This document shows positions 1 through 13,700 of a DNA stretch of 64,000 bases, piece by piece (the first letter of the stretch is position 1; each line of letters starts with the position of its first letter). The notes under the pieces are model-generated. The model worked only from the letters and a program-made list of their open reading frames with translations. It made no database searches and was not told where the DNA came from. The stretch comes from Eledone cirrhosa. Its lineage: Eukaryota. Both the position numbers and the translations under genes were made by a program. The stretch covers positions 52,514,001 to 52,578,000 of the forward strand of contig OZ024746.1 in the NCBI GenBank assembly GCA_964016885.1, read 5' to 3'.

Positions 1-1919
1 GTTAGTGGTTGCTGAGATGGTAGTGTTCTTGTTGTTGTTATTGTAGTTCGTGGTTGCTGTGATGGTAGTGTTGTTGTTGTTATTGTAGTTAGAGGTTGCT
101 GAGATGGTAGTGTTGTTGTTGTTATTGTAGTTAGTGGTGGCTGAGATGGTAGTGTTGTTGTTGTTATTGTAGTTAGAGGTTGCTGAGATGGTTGTGTTGT
201 TGTTGTTGTTATTGTAGTTAGTGGTTGCTGAGATGGTAGTGTTGTTGTTGTTGTTATTGTAGTTAGTGGTTTCTGTGATGGTAGTGTTGTTGTTGTTATT
301 CTAGTTAGTGGTTGCTGTGATGGTATTGTTGTTGTTGTTATTGTAGTTAGAGGTTGCTGAGATGGTAGTGTTGTTGTTGTTATTGTAGTTAGTGGGTGCT
401 GATAGGGTAGTGTTGTTGTTGTTATTGTAGTTAGTGGTTGCTGAGAAGGTAGTGTTGTTGTTGTTGTTATTGTAGTTAGTGGTTGCTGTGATGCTAGTGT
501 TGTTGTTGTAGTTAGTGGTTGCGGTGATGGTAGTGTTGTTGTTGTTGTAGTTAGTGGTTGCTGAGATGGTAGTGTTGTTGTTGTTGTAGTTAGTGGTTGC
601 GGTGATGGTAGTGTTGTTGTTGTTGTAGTTAGTGGTTGCAGCGATGGTAGTGTTGTTGTTGTTATTGTAGTTAGTGGTTGCTGTGATGATAGTGTTGTTG
701 TTGTTGTAGTTAGCGGTTGCTGAGATGGTAGTGTTGTTGTTGTTATTATTGTAGTTAGTGGTTGCTGAGATGGTAGTGTTGTTGTTGTTGTTGTAGTTAG
801 TGGTTGCTGAGATGGTAGTGTTGTTGTTGTTGTAGTTAGCGGTTGCTGAGATGGTAGTGTTGTTGTTGTTGTAGTTAGCGGTTGCTGAGATGGTAGTGTT
901 GTTGTTGTTATTGTAGTTAGTGGTTGCTGAGATGGTAGTGTTGTTGTTGTTGTTGTAGTTAGTGGTTGCTGAGATGGTAGTGTTGTTGTTGTTGTAGCTA
1001 GTGGTTGCTGTGATGGTAGATTTGTTGTTGTTATTGTAGTTAGTGGTTGCTATGATGGTAGTGTTGTTGTTGTTATTGTAGTTAGGGGTTGCTGTGATGG
1101 TAGTGTTGTTGTTGTTATTGTAGCTAGTGGTTGCTGAGATGGTAGTGTTGTTGTTGTTGTTATTGTAGTTAGTGGTTGCTGTGATGGTAGTGTTGTTGTT
1201 GTTATTGTAGCTAGTGGTTGCTGTGATGGTAGTGTTGTTGTTGTTATTGTAGCTAGTGGTTGCTGAGATGGTAGTGTTGTTGTTGTTATTGTAGCTAGTG
1301 GTTGCTATGATGGTAGTGTTGTTGTTGTTATTGTAGCTAGTGGTTGCTGTGATGGTAGTGTTGTTGTTGTTATTGTAGCTAGTGGTTGCTGAGATGGTAG
1401 TGTTGTTGTTGTTGTTATTGTAGTTAGTGGTTGCTATGATGGTAGTGTTGTTGTTGTTATTGTAGCTAGTGGTTGCTGTGATGGTAGTGTTGTTGTTATT
1501 ATTGTAGCTAGTGGTTGCTGAGATGGTAGTGTTGTTGTTGTTGTTATTGTAGTTAGTGGTTGCTGTGATGGTAGTGTTGTTGTTGTTATTGTAGCTAGTG
1601 GTTGCTGAGATGGTAGTGTTGTTGTTGTTGTTATTGTAGTTAGTGGTTGCTATGATGGTAGTGTTGTTGTTGTTATTGTAGCTAGTGGTTGCTGTGATGG
1701 TAGTGTTGTTGTTGTTATTGTAGCTAGTGGTTGCTGAGATGGTAGTGTTGTTGTTGTTGTTATTGTAGTTAGTGGTTGCTGTGATGGTAGTGTTGTTGTT
1801 GTTAATATTGTAGTTAGTGGTTGCTATGCTGGTAGTGTTGTTGTTGTTATTGTAGTTAGAGGTGGCTGAGATGGTAGTGTTGTTGTTGTTATTGTAGTTA
1901 GTGGTTGCTGAGATGGTAG

Positions 1920-4900
1920 TGTTGTTGTTGTTGTTATTGTAGTTAGTGGTTTCTGTGATGGTAGTGTTGTTGTTTTTGTTATTGTAGTTAGTGGTTGCTG
2001 TGATGGTATTGTTGTTGTTGTTGTTATTGTAGTTAGTGGTTGCTGTGATGGTAGTGTTGTTGTTGTTGTTATTCTAGTTAGTGGTTGCTGTGATGGTAGT
2101 GTTGTTGTTGTTGTTATTCTAGTTAGTGGTTGCTGTGATGGTAGTGTTGTTGTTGTTGTTATTGTAGTTAGAGGTTGCTGAGATGGTAGTGTTGTTGTTG
2201 TTATTGTAGTTAGTGGTTGCTGTGATGGTAGTGTTGTTGTTGTTGTTATTCTAGTTAGTGGTTGCTGTGATGGTAGTGTTGTTGTTGTTGTTATTCTAGT
2301 TAGTGGTTGCTGAGATGGTAGTGTTGTTGTTGTTGTTATTGTAGTTAGAGGTTGCTGAGATGGTAGTGTTGTTGTTGTTATTGTAGTTAGTGATTGCTGT
2401 GATGGTAGTGTTGTTGTTGTTGTTATTCTAGTTAGTGGTTGCTGTGATGGTAGTGTTGTTGTTGTTGTTATTGTAGTTAGAGGTTGCTGAGATGGTAGTG
2501 TTGTTGTTGTTATTGTAGTTAGTGGTTGCTGTGATGGTAGTGTTGTTGTTGTTATTCTAGTTAGTGGTTGCTGTGATGGCAGTGTTGTTGTTGTTGTTAT
2601 TCTAGTTAGTGGTTGCTGTGATGGTAGTGTTGTTGTTGTTGTTATTGTAGTTAGAGGTTGCTGAGATGGTAGTGTTCTTGTTGTTCCTATTGTAGTTAGT
2701 GGTTGCTGAGATGGTAGTGTTGTTGTTGTTGTTATTGTAGTTAGAGGTTGCTGAGATGGTAGTGTTGTTGTTGTTGTTATTGTAGTTAGAGGTTGCTGAG
2801 ATGGTAGTGTTGTTGTTGTTATTGTAGTTAGTGGTTGCTGTGATGGTAGTGTTGTTGTTGTTATTCTAGTTAGTGGTTGCTGTGATGGTAGTGTTGTTGT
2901 TGTTGTTATTGTAGTTAGAGGTTGCTGAGATGGTAGTGTTGTTGTTGTTATTCTAGTTAGTGGTTGCTGTGATGGTAGTGTTGTTGTTGTTATTCTAGTT
3001 AGTGGTTGCTGTGATGGTAGTGTTGTTGTTGTTGTTATTGTAGTTAGAGGTTGCTGAGATGGTAGTGTTGTTGTTGTTGTTATTGTAGTTAGTGGTTGCT
3101 GAGATGGTAGTGTTGTTGTTGTTGTTATTGTAGTTAGTGGTTGCTGAGATGGTAGTGTTGTTGTTGTTGTTGTTATTGTAGTTAGTGGTTTCTGTGATGG
3201 TAGTGTTGTTGTTGTTGTTATTGTAGTTAGTGGTTGCAGTGATGTTAGTGTTGTTGTTGTTATTCTAGTTAGTGGTTGCTGTGATGGTAGTGTTGTTGTT
3301 GTTGTTATTGTAGTTAGAGGTTGCTGAGATGGTAGTGTTGTTGTTGTTTTTATTGTAGTTAGTGGTTGCTGTAATGGTAGTGTTGTTGTTGTTATTCTAG
3401 TTAGTGGTTGCTGTGACGGTAGTGGTGTTGTTATTATTGTAGTTAGAGGTTGCTGAGATGGTAGTGTTGTTGTTGTTATTCTAGTTAGTGGTTGCTGTGA
3501 TGGTAGTGTTGTTGTTGTTATTGTAGTTAGAGGTTGCTGTAATGGTAGTGTTGTTGTTGTTGTTATTGTAGTTAGTGGTTGCTGTTATGGTAGTGTTGTT
3601 GTTGTTATTCTAGTTAGTGGTTGCTGTTATGGTAGTGTTGTTATTGTTATTGTAGTTAGTGGTTTCTGTGATTGTAGTGTTGTTGTTGTTGTTATTGTAG
3701 TTAGTGGTTTCTGTAATGGTAGTGTTGTTGTTGTTGTTATTGTAGTTAGTGGTTGCTATGATGGTAGTGTTGTTGTTGTTATTGTAGCTTGTGGTTGCTA
3801 TGATGGTAGTGTTGTTGTTATTGTAGCTAGTGGTTGCTATGATGGTAGTGTTGTTGTTGTTATTGTAGTTAGTGGTTGATGTGATGGTAGTGTTGTTATT
3901 GTTATTGTAGTTAGTGGTTGCTATGATGGTAGTATTGTTGTTGTTATTGTAGCTAGTGGTTGCTATGATGGTAGTGTTGTTGTTGTTATTGTAGTTAGTG
4001 GTTGCTATGATGGTAGTGTTGTTGTTGTTATTGTAGTTAGTGGTTGCTATGATGGTAGTGTTGTTCTTGTTATTGTAGCTAGTGGTTGCTGAGATGGTAG
4101 TGTTGTTGTTGTTATTGTAGTTAGTGGTTGCTGTGATGCTAGTGTTGTTGTTGTAGTTAGTGGTTGCGGTGATGGTAGTGTTGTTGTTGTTGTAGTTAGT
4201 GGTTGCTGAGATGGTAGTGTTGTTGTTGTTGTAGTTAGTGGTTGCGGTGATGGTAGTGTTGTTGTTGTTGTAGTTAGTGGTTGCAGCGATGGTAGTGTTG
4301 TTGTTGTTATTGTAGTTAGTGGTTGCTGTGATGGTAGTGTTGTTGTTGTTATTGTAGTTAGTGGTTGCTGAGATGATAGTGTTGTTGTTGTTGTAGTTAG
4401 TGGTTGCTGAGATGGTAGTGTTGTTGTTGTTGTTATTGTAGTTAGTGGTTTCTGTGATGGTAGTGTTGTTGTTGTTGTTATTGTAGTTAGTGGTTGCTGT
4501 GATGGTATTGTTGTTGTTGTTGTTATTGTAGTTAGTGGTTGCTGTGATGGTAGTGTTGTTGTTGTTGTTATTCTAGTTAGTGGTTGCTGTGATGGTAGTG
4601 TTGTTGTTGGTGTTATTCTAGTTAGTGGTTGCTGTGATGGTAGTGTTGTTGTTGTTGTTATTGTAGTTAGAGGTTGCTGAGATGGTAGTGTTGTTGTTGT
4701 TATTGTAGTTAGTGGTTGCTGTGATGGTAGTGTTGTTGTTGTTGTTATTGTAGTTAGAGGTTGCTGAGATGGTAGTGTTGTTGTTGTTGCTATTGTAGTT
4801 AGTGGTTGCTGAGATGGTAGTGTTGTTGTTGTTGTTATTGTAGTTAGAGGTTGCTGAGATGGTAGTGTTGTTGTTGTTGTTATTGTAGTTAGAGGTTGCT

Positions 4901-6300
4901 GAGATGGTAGTGTTGTTGTTGTTATTGTAGTTAGTGGTTGCTGTGATGGTAGTGTTGTTGTTGTTATTCTAGTTAGTGGTTGCTGTGATGGTAGTGTTGT
5001 TGTTGTTGTTATTGTAGTTAGAGGTTGCTGAGATGGTAGTGTTGTTGTTGTTATTCTAGTTAGTGGTTGCTGTGATGGTAGTGTTGTTGTTGTTATTCTA
5101 GTTAGTGGTTGCTGTGATGGCAGTGTTGTTGCTGTTGTTATTGTAGTTAGAGGTTGCTGAGATGGTAGTGTTGTTGTTGTTGCTATTGTAGTTAGTGGTT
5201 GCTGAGATGGTAGTGTTGTTGTTGTTGTTATTGTAGTTAGAGGTTGCTGAGATGGTAGTGTTGTTGTTGTTATTGTAGTTAGTGGTTGCTGTGATGGTAG
5301 TGTTGTTGTTGTTATTCTAGTTAGTGGTTGCTGTGATGGTAGTGTTGTTGTTGTTGTTATTGTAGTTAGAGGTTGCTGAGATGGTAGTGTTGTTGTTGTT
5401 GTTATTGTAGTTAGTGGTTGCTGAGATGGTAGTGTTGTTGTTGTTGTTGTTATTGTAGTTAGTGGTTTCTGTGATGGTAGTGTTGTTGTTGTTGTTATTG
5501 TAGTTAGTGGTTGCAGTGATGTTAGTGTTGTTGTTGTTATTCTAGTTAGTGGTTGCTGTGATGGTAGTGTTGTTGTTGTTGTTATTGTAGTTAGAGGTTG
5601 CTGAGATGGTAGTGTTGTTGTTGTTGTTATTGTAGTTAGTGGTTGCTGTGATGGTAGTGTTGTTGTTGTTATTCTAGTTAGTGGTTGCTGTGACGGTAGT
5701 GGTGTTGTTATTATTGTAGTTAGAGGTTGCTGAGATGGTAGTGTTGTTGTTGTTATTCTAGTTAGTGGTTGCTGTGATGGTAGTGTTGTTGTTGTTGTTA
5801 TTGTAGTTAGTGGTTGCTGTTATGGTAGTGTTGTTATTGTTATTCTAGTTAGTGGTTGCTGTTATGGTAGTGTTGTTATTGTTATTGTAGTTAGTGGTTT
5901 CTGTGATTGTAGTGTTGTTGTTGTTGTTATTGTAGTTAGTGGTTTCTGTAATGGTAGTGTTGTTGTTGTTGTTATTGTAGTTAGTGGTTGCTATGATGGT
6001 AGTGTTGTTGTTGTTATTGTAGCTTGTGGTTGCTATGATGGTAGTGTTGTTGTTATTGTAGCTAGTGGTTGCTATGATGGTAGTGTTGTTGTTGTTATTG
6101 TAGTTAGTGGTTGATGTGATGGTAGTGTTGTTATTGTTATTGTAGTTAGTGGTTGCTATGATGGTAGTATTGTTGTTGTTATTGTAGCTAGTGGTTGCTA
6201 TGATGGTAGTGTTGTTGTTGTTATTGTAGTTAGTGGTTGCTATGATGGTAGTGTTGTTGTTGTTATTGTAGTTAGTGGTTGCTATGATGGTAGTGTTGTT
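1920..6300. repeat. Approximately 2.2-2.5 kb segmental duplication within the array (boundaries approximate)
   Basis: Rare markers recur at matching offsets: GCAGTGATGTTAGT at 3236 and 5513, GACGGTAGTGGT at 3415 and 5692 (both 2277 bp apart), and GCTTGTGG at 3787 and 6022 (2235 bp, one 42-bp monomer less). Confidence 0.85.
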
Positions 6301-8199
6301 CTTGTTATTGTAGCTAGTGGTTGCTGAGATGGTAGTGTTGTTCTTGTTATTGTAGTTAGTGGTTGCTGAGATGGTAGTGTTGTTGTTGTTATTGTAGTTA
6401 GTGGTTGCTGAGATGGTAGTGTTGTTGTTGTCATTGTAGTTAGTGGTTGCTGAGATGGTAGTGTTGTTGTTGTTATTGTAGTTAGTGGTTGCTTAGATGG
6501 TAGTGTTGTTGTTGTTGTTATTGTAGTTAGTGGTTGCTGAGATGGTAGTGTTGTTGTTGTCATTGTAGTTAGTGGTTGCTGTGATGGTAGTGTTGTAGTT
6601 GTTATTGTAGTTAGTGGTTGCTATGATGGTAGTGTTGTTGTTGTTATTGTAGTTAGTGGTTGCTGAGATGGTAGTGTTGTTGTTGTTATTGTAGTTAGTG
6701 GTTGCTGAGATGGTAGTGTTGTTGTTGTCATTGTAGTTATTGGTTGCTGAGATGGTAGTGTTGTTGTTGTTGTCATTGTAGTTAGTGGTTGCTGAGATGG
6801 TAGTGTTGTTCTTGTTATTGTAGTTAGTGGTTGCTGAGATGGTAGTGTTGTTCATGTTATTGTAGTTATTGGTTGCTGAGATGGTAGTGTTGTTGTTGTC
6901 ATTGTAGTTACTGGTTGCTGAGATGGTAGTGTTGTTGTTGTTATTGTAGTTAGTGGTTGCTGAGATGGTAGTGTTGTTCTTGTTATTGTAGTTAGTGGTT
7001 GCTGAGATGGTAGTGTTGTTGTTGTTATTGTAGTTAGTGGTTGCTGAGATGGTAGTGTTGTTCTTGTTATTGTAGTTACTGGTTGCTGAGATGGTAGTGT
7101 TGTTGTTGTTATTGTAGTTAGTGGTGGCTGAGATGGTAGTGTTGTTGTTGTCATTGTAGTTAGTGGTTGCTGAGATGGTAGTGTTGTTGTTGTTATTGTA
7201 GTTAGTGGTTGCTATGATGGTAGTGTTGTTGTTGTTATTGTAGCTAGTGGTTGCTGTGATGGTAGTGTTGTTGTTGTTATTGTAGTTAGTGGTTGCTATG
7301 ATGGTAGTGTTGTTGTTGTTATTGTAGCTAGTGGTTGCTGTGTTGGTAGTGTTGTTGTTGTTATTGTAGTTAGTGGTTGCTATGATGGTAGTGTTGTTGT
7401 TGTTATTGTAGCTAGTGGTTGCTGTGATGGTAGTGTTGTTGTTATTGTAGTTAGTGGTTGCTATGATGGTAGTGTTGTTGTTATTATTGTAGTTAGTGGT
7501 TGCTATGATGGTAGTGTTGTTGTTGTTATTGTAGCTAGTGGTTGCTGAGATGGTAGTGTTGTTGTTGTTGTTATTGTAGTTCGTGGTTGCTGTGATGGTA
7601 GTGTTGTTGTTGTTATTGTAGTTAGTGGTTGCTGAGATGGTAGTGTTCTTGTTGTTGTTATTGTAGTTCGTGGTTGCTGTGATGGTAGTGTTGTTGTTGT
7701 TATTGTAGTTAGAGGTTGCTGAGATGGTAGTGTTGTTGTTGTTATTGTAGTTAGTGGTCGCTGAGAAGGTAGTGTTGTTGTTGTTATTGTAGTTAGAGGT
7801 TGCTGAGATGGTAGTGTTGTTGTTGTTGTTATTGTAGTTAGTGGTTGCTGAGATGGTAGTGTTGTTGTTGTTGTTATTGTAGTTAGTGGTTTCTGTGATG
7901 GTAGTGTTGTTGTTGTTGTTATTGTAGTTAGAGGTTGCTGAGATGGTAGTGTTGTTGTTGTTATTGTAGTTAGTGGTTGCTGTGATGGTAGTGTTGTTGT
8001 TGTTATTCTAGTTAGTGGTTGCTGTGATGGTAGTGTTGTTGTTGTTGTTGTTATTGTAGTTAGAGGTTGCTGAGATGGTAGTGTTATTGTTGTTGTTATT
8101 GTAGTTAGTGGTTGCTGAGATGGTAGTGTTGTTGTTGTTGTTATTGTAGTTAGTGGTTGCTGTGATGGTAGTGTTGTTGTTGTTGTTATTGTAGTTAGT

Positions 8200-8990
8200 G
8201 GTTGCTGTGATGGTAGTGTTGTTGTTGTTATTCTAGTTAGTGGTTGCTGTAATGTTAGTGTTGTTGTTGTTGTTATTGTAGTTAGAGGTTGCTGAGATGG
8301 TAGTGTTGTTGTTGTTGTTATTGTAGTTAGTGGTTTCTGTGATGGTAGTGTTGTTGTTGTTGTTATTGTAGTTAGTGGTTGCTGTGATGGTAGTGTTGTT
8401 GTTGTTATTCTAGTTAGTGGTTGCTGTGATGGTAGTGTTGTTGTTGTTGTTATTGTAGTTAGAGGTTGCTGAGATGGTAGTGTTGTTGTTGTTGTTATTG
8501 TAGTTAGTGGTTTCTGTGATGGTAGTGTTGTTATTGTTGTTATTGTAGTTAGTGGTTGCTGTGATGGTAGTGTTGTTGTTGTTATTCTAGTTAGTGGTTG
8601 CTGTGATGGTAGTGTTGTTGTTGTTGTTATTGTAGTTAGAGGTTGCTGAGATGGTAGTGTTGTTGTTGTTGTTATTGTAGTTAGTGGTTTCTGTGATGGT
8701 AGTGTTGTTGTTGTTGTTATTGTAGTTAGTGGTTTCTGTGATGGTAGTGTTGTTGTTGTTATTCTAGTTAGTGGTTGCTGTGATGGTAGTGTTGTTGTTG
8801 TTGTTATTGTAGTTAGAGGTTGCTGAGATGGTAGTGTTGTTGTTGTTGTTATTGTAGTTAGTGGTTGCTGAGATGGTAGTGTTGTTGTTGTTGTTATTGT
8901 AGTTAGTGGTTTCTGTGATGGTAGTGTTGTTGTTGTTATTCTAGTTAGTGGTTGCTGTGATGGTAGTGTTGTTGTTGTTGTTATTGTAGT
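8200..8990. repeat. 177-bp four-monomer higher-order repeat (42+45+45+45)
   Basis: The ATTCTAGTT variant has its C at 8233, 8410, 8587, 8764 and 8941, exactly 177 bp apart, each followed by an AGAGG monomer. Confidence 0.9.
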
Positions 8991-10099
8991 TAGAGGTTGC
9001 TGAGATGGTAGTGTTGTTGTTGTTGTTATTGTAGTTAGTGGTTGCTGAGATGGTAGTGTTGTTGTTGTTGTTATTGTAGTTAGTGGTTTCTGTGATGGTA
9101 GTGTTGTTGTTGTTGTTGTTATTGTAGTTAGTGGTTGCTGTGATGGTAGTGTTGTTGTTGTTATTCTAGTTAGTGGTTGCTGTGATGGTAGTGTTGTTGT
9201 TGTTGTTATTGTAGTTAGAGGTTGCGGAGATGGTAGTGTTGTTGTTGTTGTTATTGTAGTTAGTGGTTGCTAAGATGGTAGTGTTGTTGTTGTTATTGTA
9301 GTTAGTGGTTTCTGTGATGGTAGTGTTGTTGTTGTTGTTATTGTAGTTAGTGGTTGCTGTGATCGTAGTGTTGTTGTTGTTGTTATTGTAGTTAGTGGTT
9401 GCTGAGATGGTAGTGTTGTTGTTGTTGTTATTGTAGTTAGTGGTTGCTGTGATGGTAGTGTTGTTGTTGTTATTGTAGTTAGTGGTTTCTGTGATGGTAG
9501 TGTTGTTGTTGTTATTGTAGTTAGTGGTTGCTGAGATGGTAGTGTTGTTGTTGTTGTTATTGTAGTTAGTGGTTGCTGTGATGGTAGTGTTGTTGTTGTT
9601 GTTATTGTAGTTAGTGGTTGCTGAGATGGTAGTGTTGTTGTTGTTGTTATTGTAGTTAGTGGTTTCTGTGATGGTAGTGTTGTTGTTGTTATTGTAGTTA
9701 GTGGTTGCTGAGATGGTAGTGTTGTTGTTGTTTTTATTGTAGTTAGTGGTAGCTGTAATGGTAGTGTTGTTGTTGTTATTCTAGTTAGTTGTTGCTGTGA
9801 TGGTAGTGGTGTTGTTATTATTGTAGTTAGAGGTTGCTGAGATGGTAGTGTTGTTGTTGTTATTATAGTTAGTGGTTGCTGTGATGGTAGTGTTGTTGTT
9901 GTTATTGTAGTTAGAGGTTGCTGGAATGGTAGTGTTGTTGTTGTTGTTATTGTAGTTAGTGGTTGCTGTGATGGTAGTGTTATTGTTGTTGTTATTGTAG
10001 TTAGTGGTTGCTGAGATGGTAGTGTTGTTGTTGTTGTTATTGTAGTTAGTGGTTGCTGTGATGGTAGTGTTGTTGTTGTTGTTATTGTAGTTAGTGGTT

Positions 10100-10720
10100 G
10101 CTGTGATGGTAGTGTTGTTGTTGTTATTCTAGTTAGTGGTTGCTGTGATGGTAGTGTTGTTGTTGTTGTTATTGTAGTTAGAGGTTGCTGAGATGGTAGT
10201 GTTGTTGTTGTTGTTATTGTAGTTAGTGGTTTCTGTGATGGTAGTGTTGTTGTTGTTGTTATTGTAGTTAGTGGTTGCTGTGATGGTAGTGTTGTTGTTG
10301 TTATTCTAGTTAGTGGTTGCTGTGATGGTAGTGTTGTTGTTGTTGTTATTGTAGTTAGAGGTTGCTGAGATGGTAGTGTTGTTGTTGTTGTTATTGTAGT
10401 TAGTGGTTTCTGTGATGGTAGTGTTGTTGTTGTTGTTATTGTAGTTAGTGGTTGCTGTGATGGTAGTGTTGTTGTTGTTATTCTAGTTAGTGGTTGCTGT
10501 GATGGTAGTGTTGTTGTTGTTGTTATTGTAGTTAGAGGTTGCTGAGATGGTAGTGTTGTTGTTGTTGTTATTGTAGTTAGTGGTTTCTGTGATGGTAGTG
10601 TTGTTGTTGTTGTTATTGTAGTTAGTGGTTGCTGTGATGGTAGTGTTGTTGTTGTTATTCTAGTTAGTGGTTGCTGTGATGGTAGTGTTGTTGTTGTTGT
10701 TATTGTAGTTAGAGGTTGCT
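10100..10720. repeat. Second run of the 177-bp four-monomer higher-order repeat
   Basis: The ATTCTAGTT variant has its C at 10129, 10306, 10483 and 10660 (177-bp spacing). The run belongs to a larger duplication of about 1.7-1.9 kb (GGTAGCTGTAAT markers at about 9751 and 11425; GATCGT at 9361 and 11080). Confidence 0.9.
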
Positions 10721-13700
10721 GAGATGGTAGTGTTGTTGTTGTTGTTATTGTAGTTAGTGGTTGCTGAGATGGTAGTGTTGTTGTTGTTGTTATTGTAGTT
10801 AGTGGTTTCTGTGATGGTAGTGTTGTTGTTGTTGTTGTTATTGTAGTTAGTGGTTGCTGTGATGGTAGTGTTGTTGTTGTTATTCTAGTTAGTGGTTGCT
10901 GTGATGGTAGTGTTGTTGTTGTTATTGTAGTTAGAGGTTGCTGAGATGGTAGTGTTGTTGTTGTTGTTGTTATTGTAGTTAGTGGTTGCTGAGATGGTAG
11001 TGTTGTTGTTGTTATTGTAGTTAGTGGTTTCTGTGATGGTAGTGTTGTTGTTGTTGTTATTGTAGTTAGTGGTTGCTGTGATCGTAGTGTTGTTGTTGTT
11101 GTTATTGTAGTTAGTGGTTGCTGAGATGGTAGTGTTGTTGTTGTTGTTATTGTAGTTAGTGGTTGCTGTGATGGTAGTGTTGTTGTTGTTATTGTAGTTA
11201 GTGGTTTCTGTGATGGTAGTGTTGTTGTTGTTATTGTAGTTAGTGGTTGCTGTGATGGTAGTGTTGTTGTTGTTGTTATTGTAGTTAGTGGTTGCTGAGA
11301 TGGTAGTGTTGTTGTTGTTGTTATTGTAGTTAGTGGTTTCTGTGATGGTAGTGTTGTTGTTGTTATTGTAGTTAGTGGTTGCTGAGATGGTAGTGTTGTT
11401 GTTGTTTTTATTGTAGTTAGTGGTAGCTGTAATGGTAGTGTTGTTGTTGTTATTCTAGTTAGTTGTTGCTGTGATGGTAGTGGTGTTGTTATTATTGTAG
11501 TTAGAGGTTGCTGAGATGGTAGTGTTGTTGTTGTTGTTATTGTAGTTAGTGATTGCTGTTATGGTAGTGTTCTTGTTGTTATTCTAGTTAGTGGTTGCTG
11601 TTATGGTAGTGTTGTTGTTGTTATTGTAGCTTGTGGTTGCTATGATGGTAGTGTTGTTGTTGTTATTGTAGCTAGTGGTTGCTATGATGGTAGTGTTGTT
11701 GTTGTTATTGTAGTTAGTGGTTGATGTGATGGTAGTGTTGTTATTGTTATTGTAGTTAGTGGTTGCTATGATGGTAGTATTGTTGTTGTTATTGTAGCTA
11801 GTGGTTGCTATGATGGTAGTGTTGTTGTTGTTATTGTAGTTAGTGGTTGCTATGATGGTAGTGTTGTTGTTGTTGTTGTAGTTAGTGGTTGCTATGATGG
11901 TAGTGTTGTTGTTGTTATTGTAGTTAGTGGTTGCTATGATGGTAGTGTTGTTGTTGTTATTGTAGTTAGTGGTTGCTATGATGGTAGTGTTGTTGTTGTT
12001 ATTGTAGCTAGTGGTTGCTGAGATGGTAGTGTTGTTGTTGTTATTGCAGTTAGTGGTTGCTGAGATGGTAGTGTTGTTGTTGTTATTGTAGTTATTGGTT
12101 GCTGAGATGGTAGTGTTGTTGTTGTCATTGTAGTTAGTGGTTGCTGAGATGGTAGTTTTGTTGTTGTTATTGTAGTTAGTGGTTGCTGAGATGGTAGTGT
12201 TGTTCTTATTATTGTAGTTATTGGTTGCTGAGATGGTAGTGTTGTTGTTGTCATTGTAGTTAGTGGTTGCTGAGATGGTAGTGTTGTTGTTGTTATTGTA
12301 GTTAGTGGTTGCTGAGATGGTAGTGTTGTTCTTGTTATTGTAGTTAGTGGTTGCTGAGTTGGTAGTGTTGTTGTTGTTATTGTAGTTAGTGGTTGCTGTG
12401 ATGGTAGTGTTGTTGTTGTTGTTATTGTAGTTAGTGGTTGCTGAGATGGTAGTGTTGTTGTTGTTATTGTAGTTAGTGGTTGCTGAGATGGTAGTGTTGT
12501 TCTTGTTATTGTAGTTAGTGGTTGCTGTGATGGTAGTGTTGTTGTTGTTGTTATTGTAGTTAGTGGTTGCTGAGATGGTAGTATTGTTGTTGTTGTTGTT
12601 GTTAGTGGTTGCTGAGATGGTAGTGTTGTTGTTGTCATTGTAGTTAGTGGTTGCTGAGATGGTAGTGTTGTTGTTGTTATTGTAGTTAGTGGTTGCTGTG
12701 ATGGTAGTGTTGTTGTTGTTATTGTAGTTAGTGGTTTTTGTGATGGTAGTGTTGTTGTTGTTGTTATTGTAGTTAGTGGTTGCTGTGTTGGTAGTGTTGT
12801 TGTTGTTATTGTCGTTAGTGGTTGCTGTGATGGTAGTGTTGTTATTCTTGTTATTGTAGTTAGTAATTGCTGTGATGGTAGTGTTGTTGTTGTTGTTATT
12901 GTAGTTAGTGGTGGCTGAGAAGGTAGTGTTGTTGTTGTTATTGTAGTTAGTGGTTTTTGTGATGGTAGTGTTGTTGTTGTTGTTATTGTAGTTAGTGGTT
13001 GCTGTGATGGTAGTGTTGTTGTTGTTATTGTAGTTAGTGGTGGCTGAGAAGGTAGTGTTGTTGTTGTTATTGTCGTTAGTGGTTGCTGTGATGGTAGTGT
13101 TGTTGTTGTTATTGTAGTTAGTGGTTGCTGTGATGGTAGTGTTGTTGTTGTTATTGTAGTTAGTGGTGGCTGAGAAGGTAGTGTTGTTGTTGTTGTTATT
13201 GTAGTTAGTGGTTGCTGAGATGGTAGAGTTGTTGTTGTTGTTGTTGTAGTTAGTGGTGCTGTGATGGTAGTGTTGTTGTTGTTGTTATTGTAGTTAGTGG
13301 TTGCTGTGATGGTAGTGTTGTTGTTGTTGTTATTGTAGTTAGTGGTTGCTGTGATGGTAGTGTTGTTGTTGTTGTTATTGTAGTTAGTGGTTGCTGTGAT
13401 GGTAGTGTTGTTGTTGTTGTTATTGTAGTTAGTGGTTGCTGTGATGGTAGTGTTGTTGTTGTTGTTATTGTAGTTAGTGGTTGATGTGTTGGTAGTGTTG
13501 TTGTTGTTATTGTAGTTAGTGGTCGCTGTGATGCTAGTGTTGTTGTTATTGTTATTGTAGTTAGTGGTTGCTGTGTTGGTAGTGTTGTTGTTGTTATTGT
13601 AGCTAGTGGTTGCTGTGTTGGTAGTGTTGTTGTTGTTATTGTAGTTAGTGGTTGTTGTGATGGTAGTGTTGTTGTTGTTGTTGTAGTTAGTGGTTGATGT

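Noticed and set aside
6282-12638. Short minus-strand ORFs (93, 120, 100 and 220 aa) as genes
   Set aside because: Starts and stops are single-base monomer variants in a stop-rich zone, with no non-repetitive sequence.
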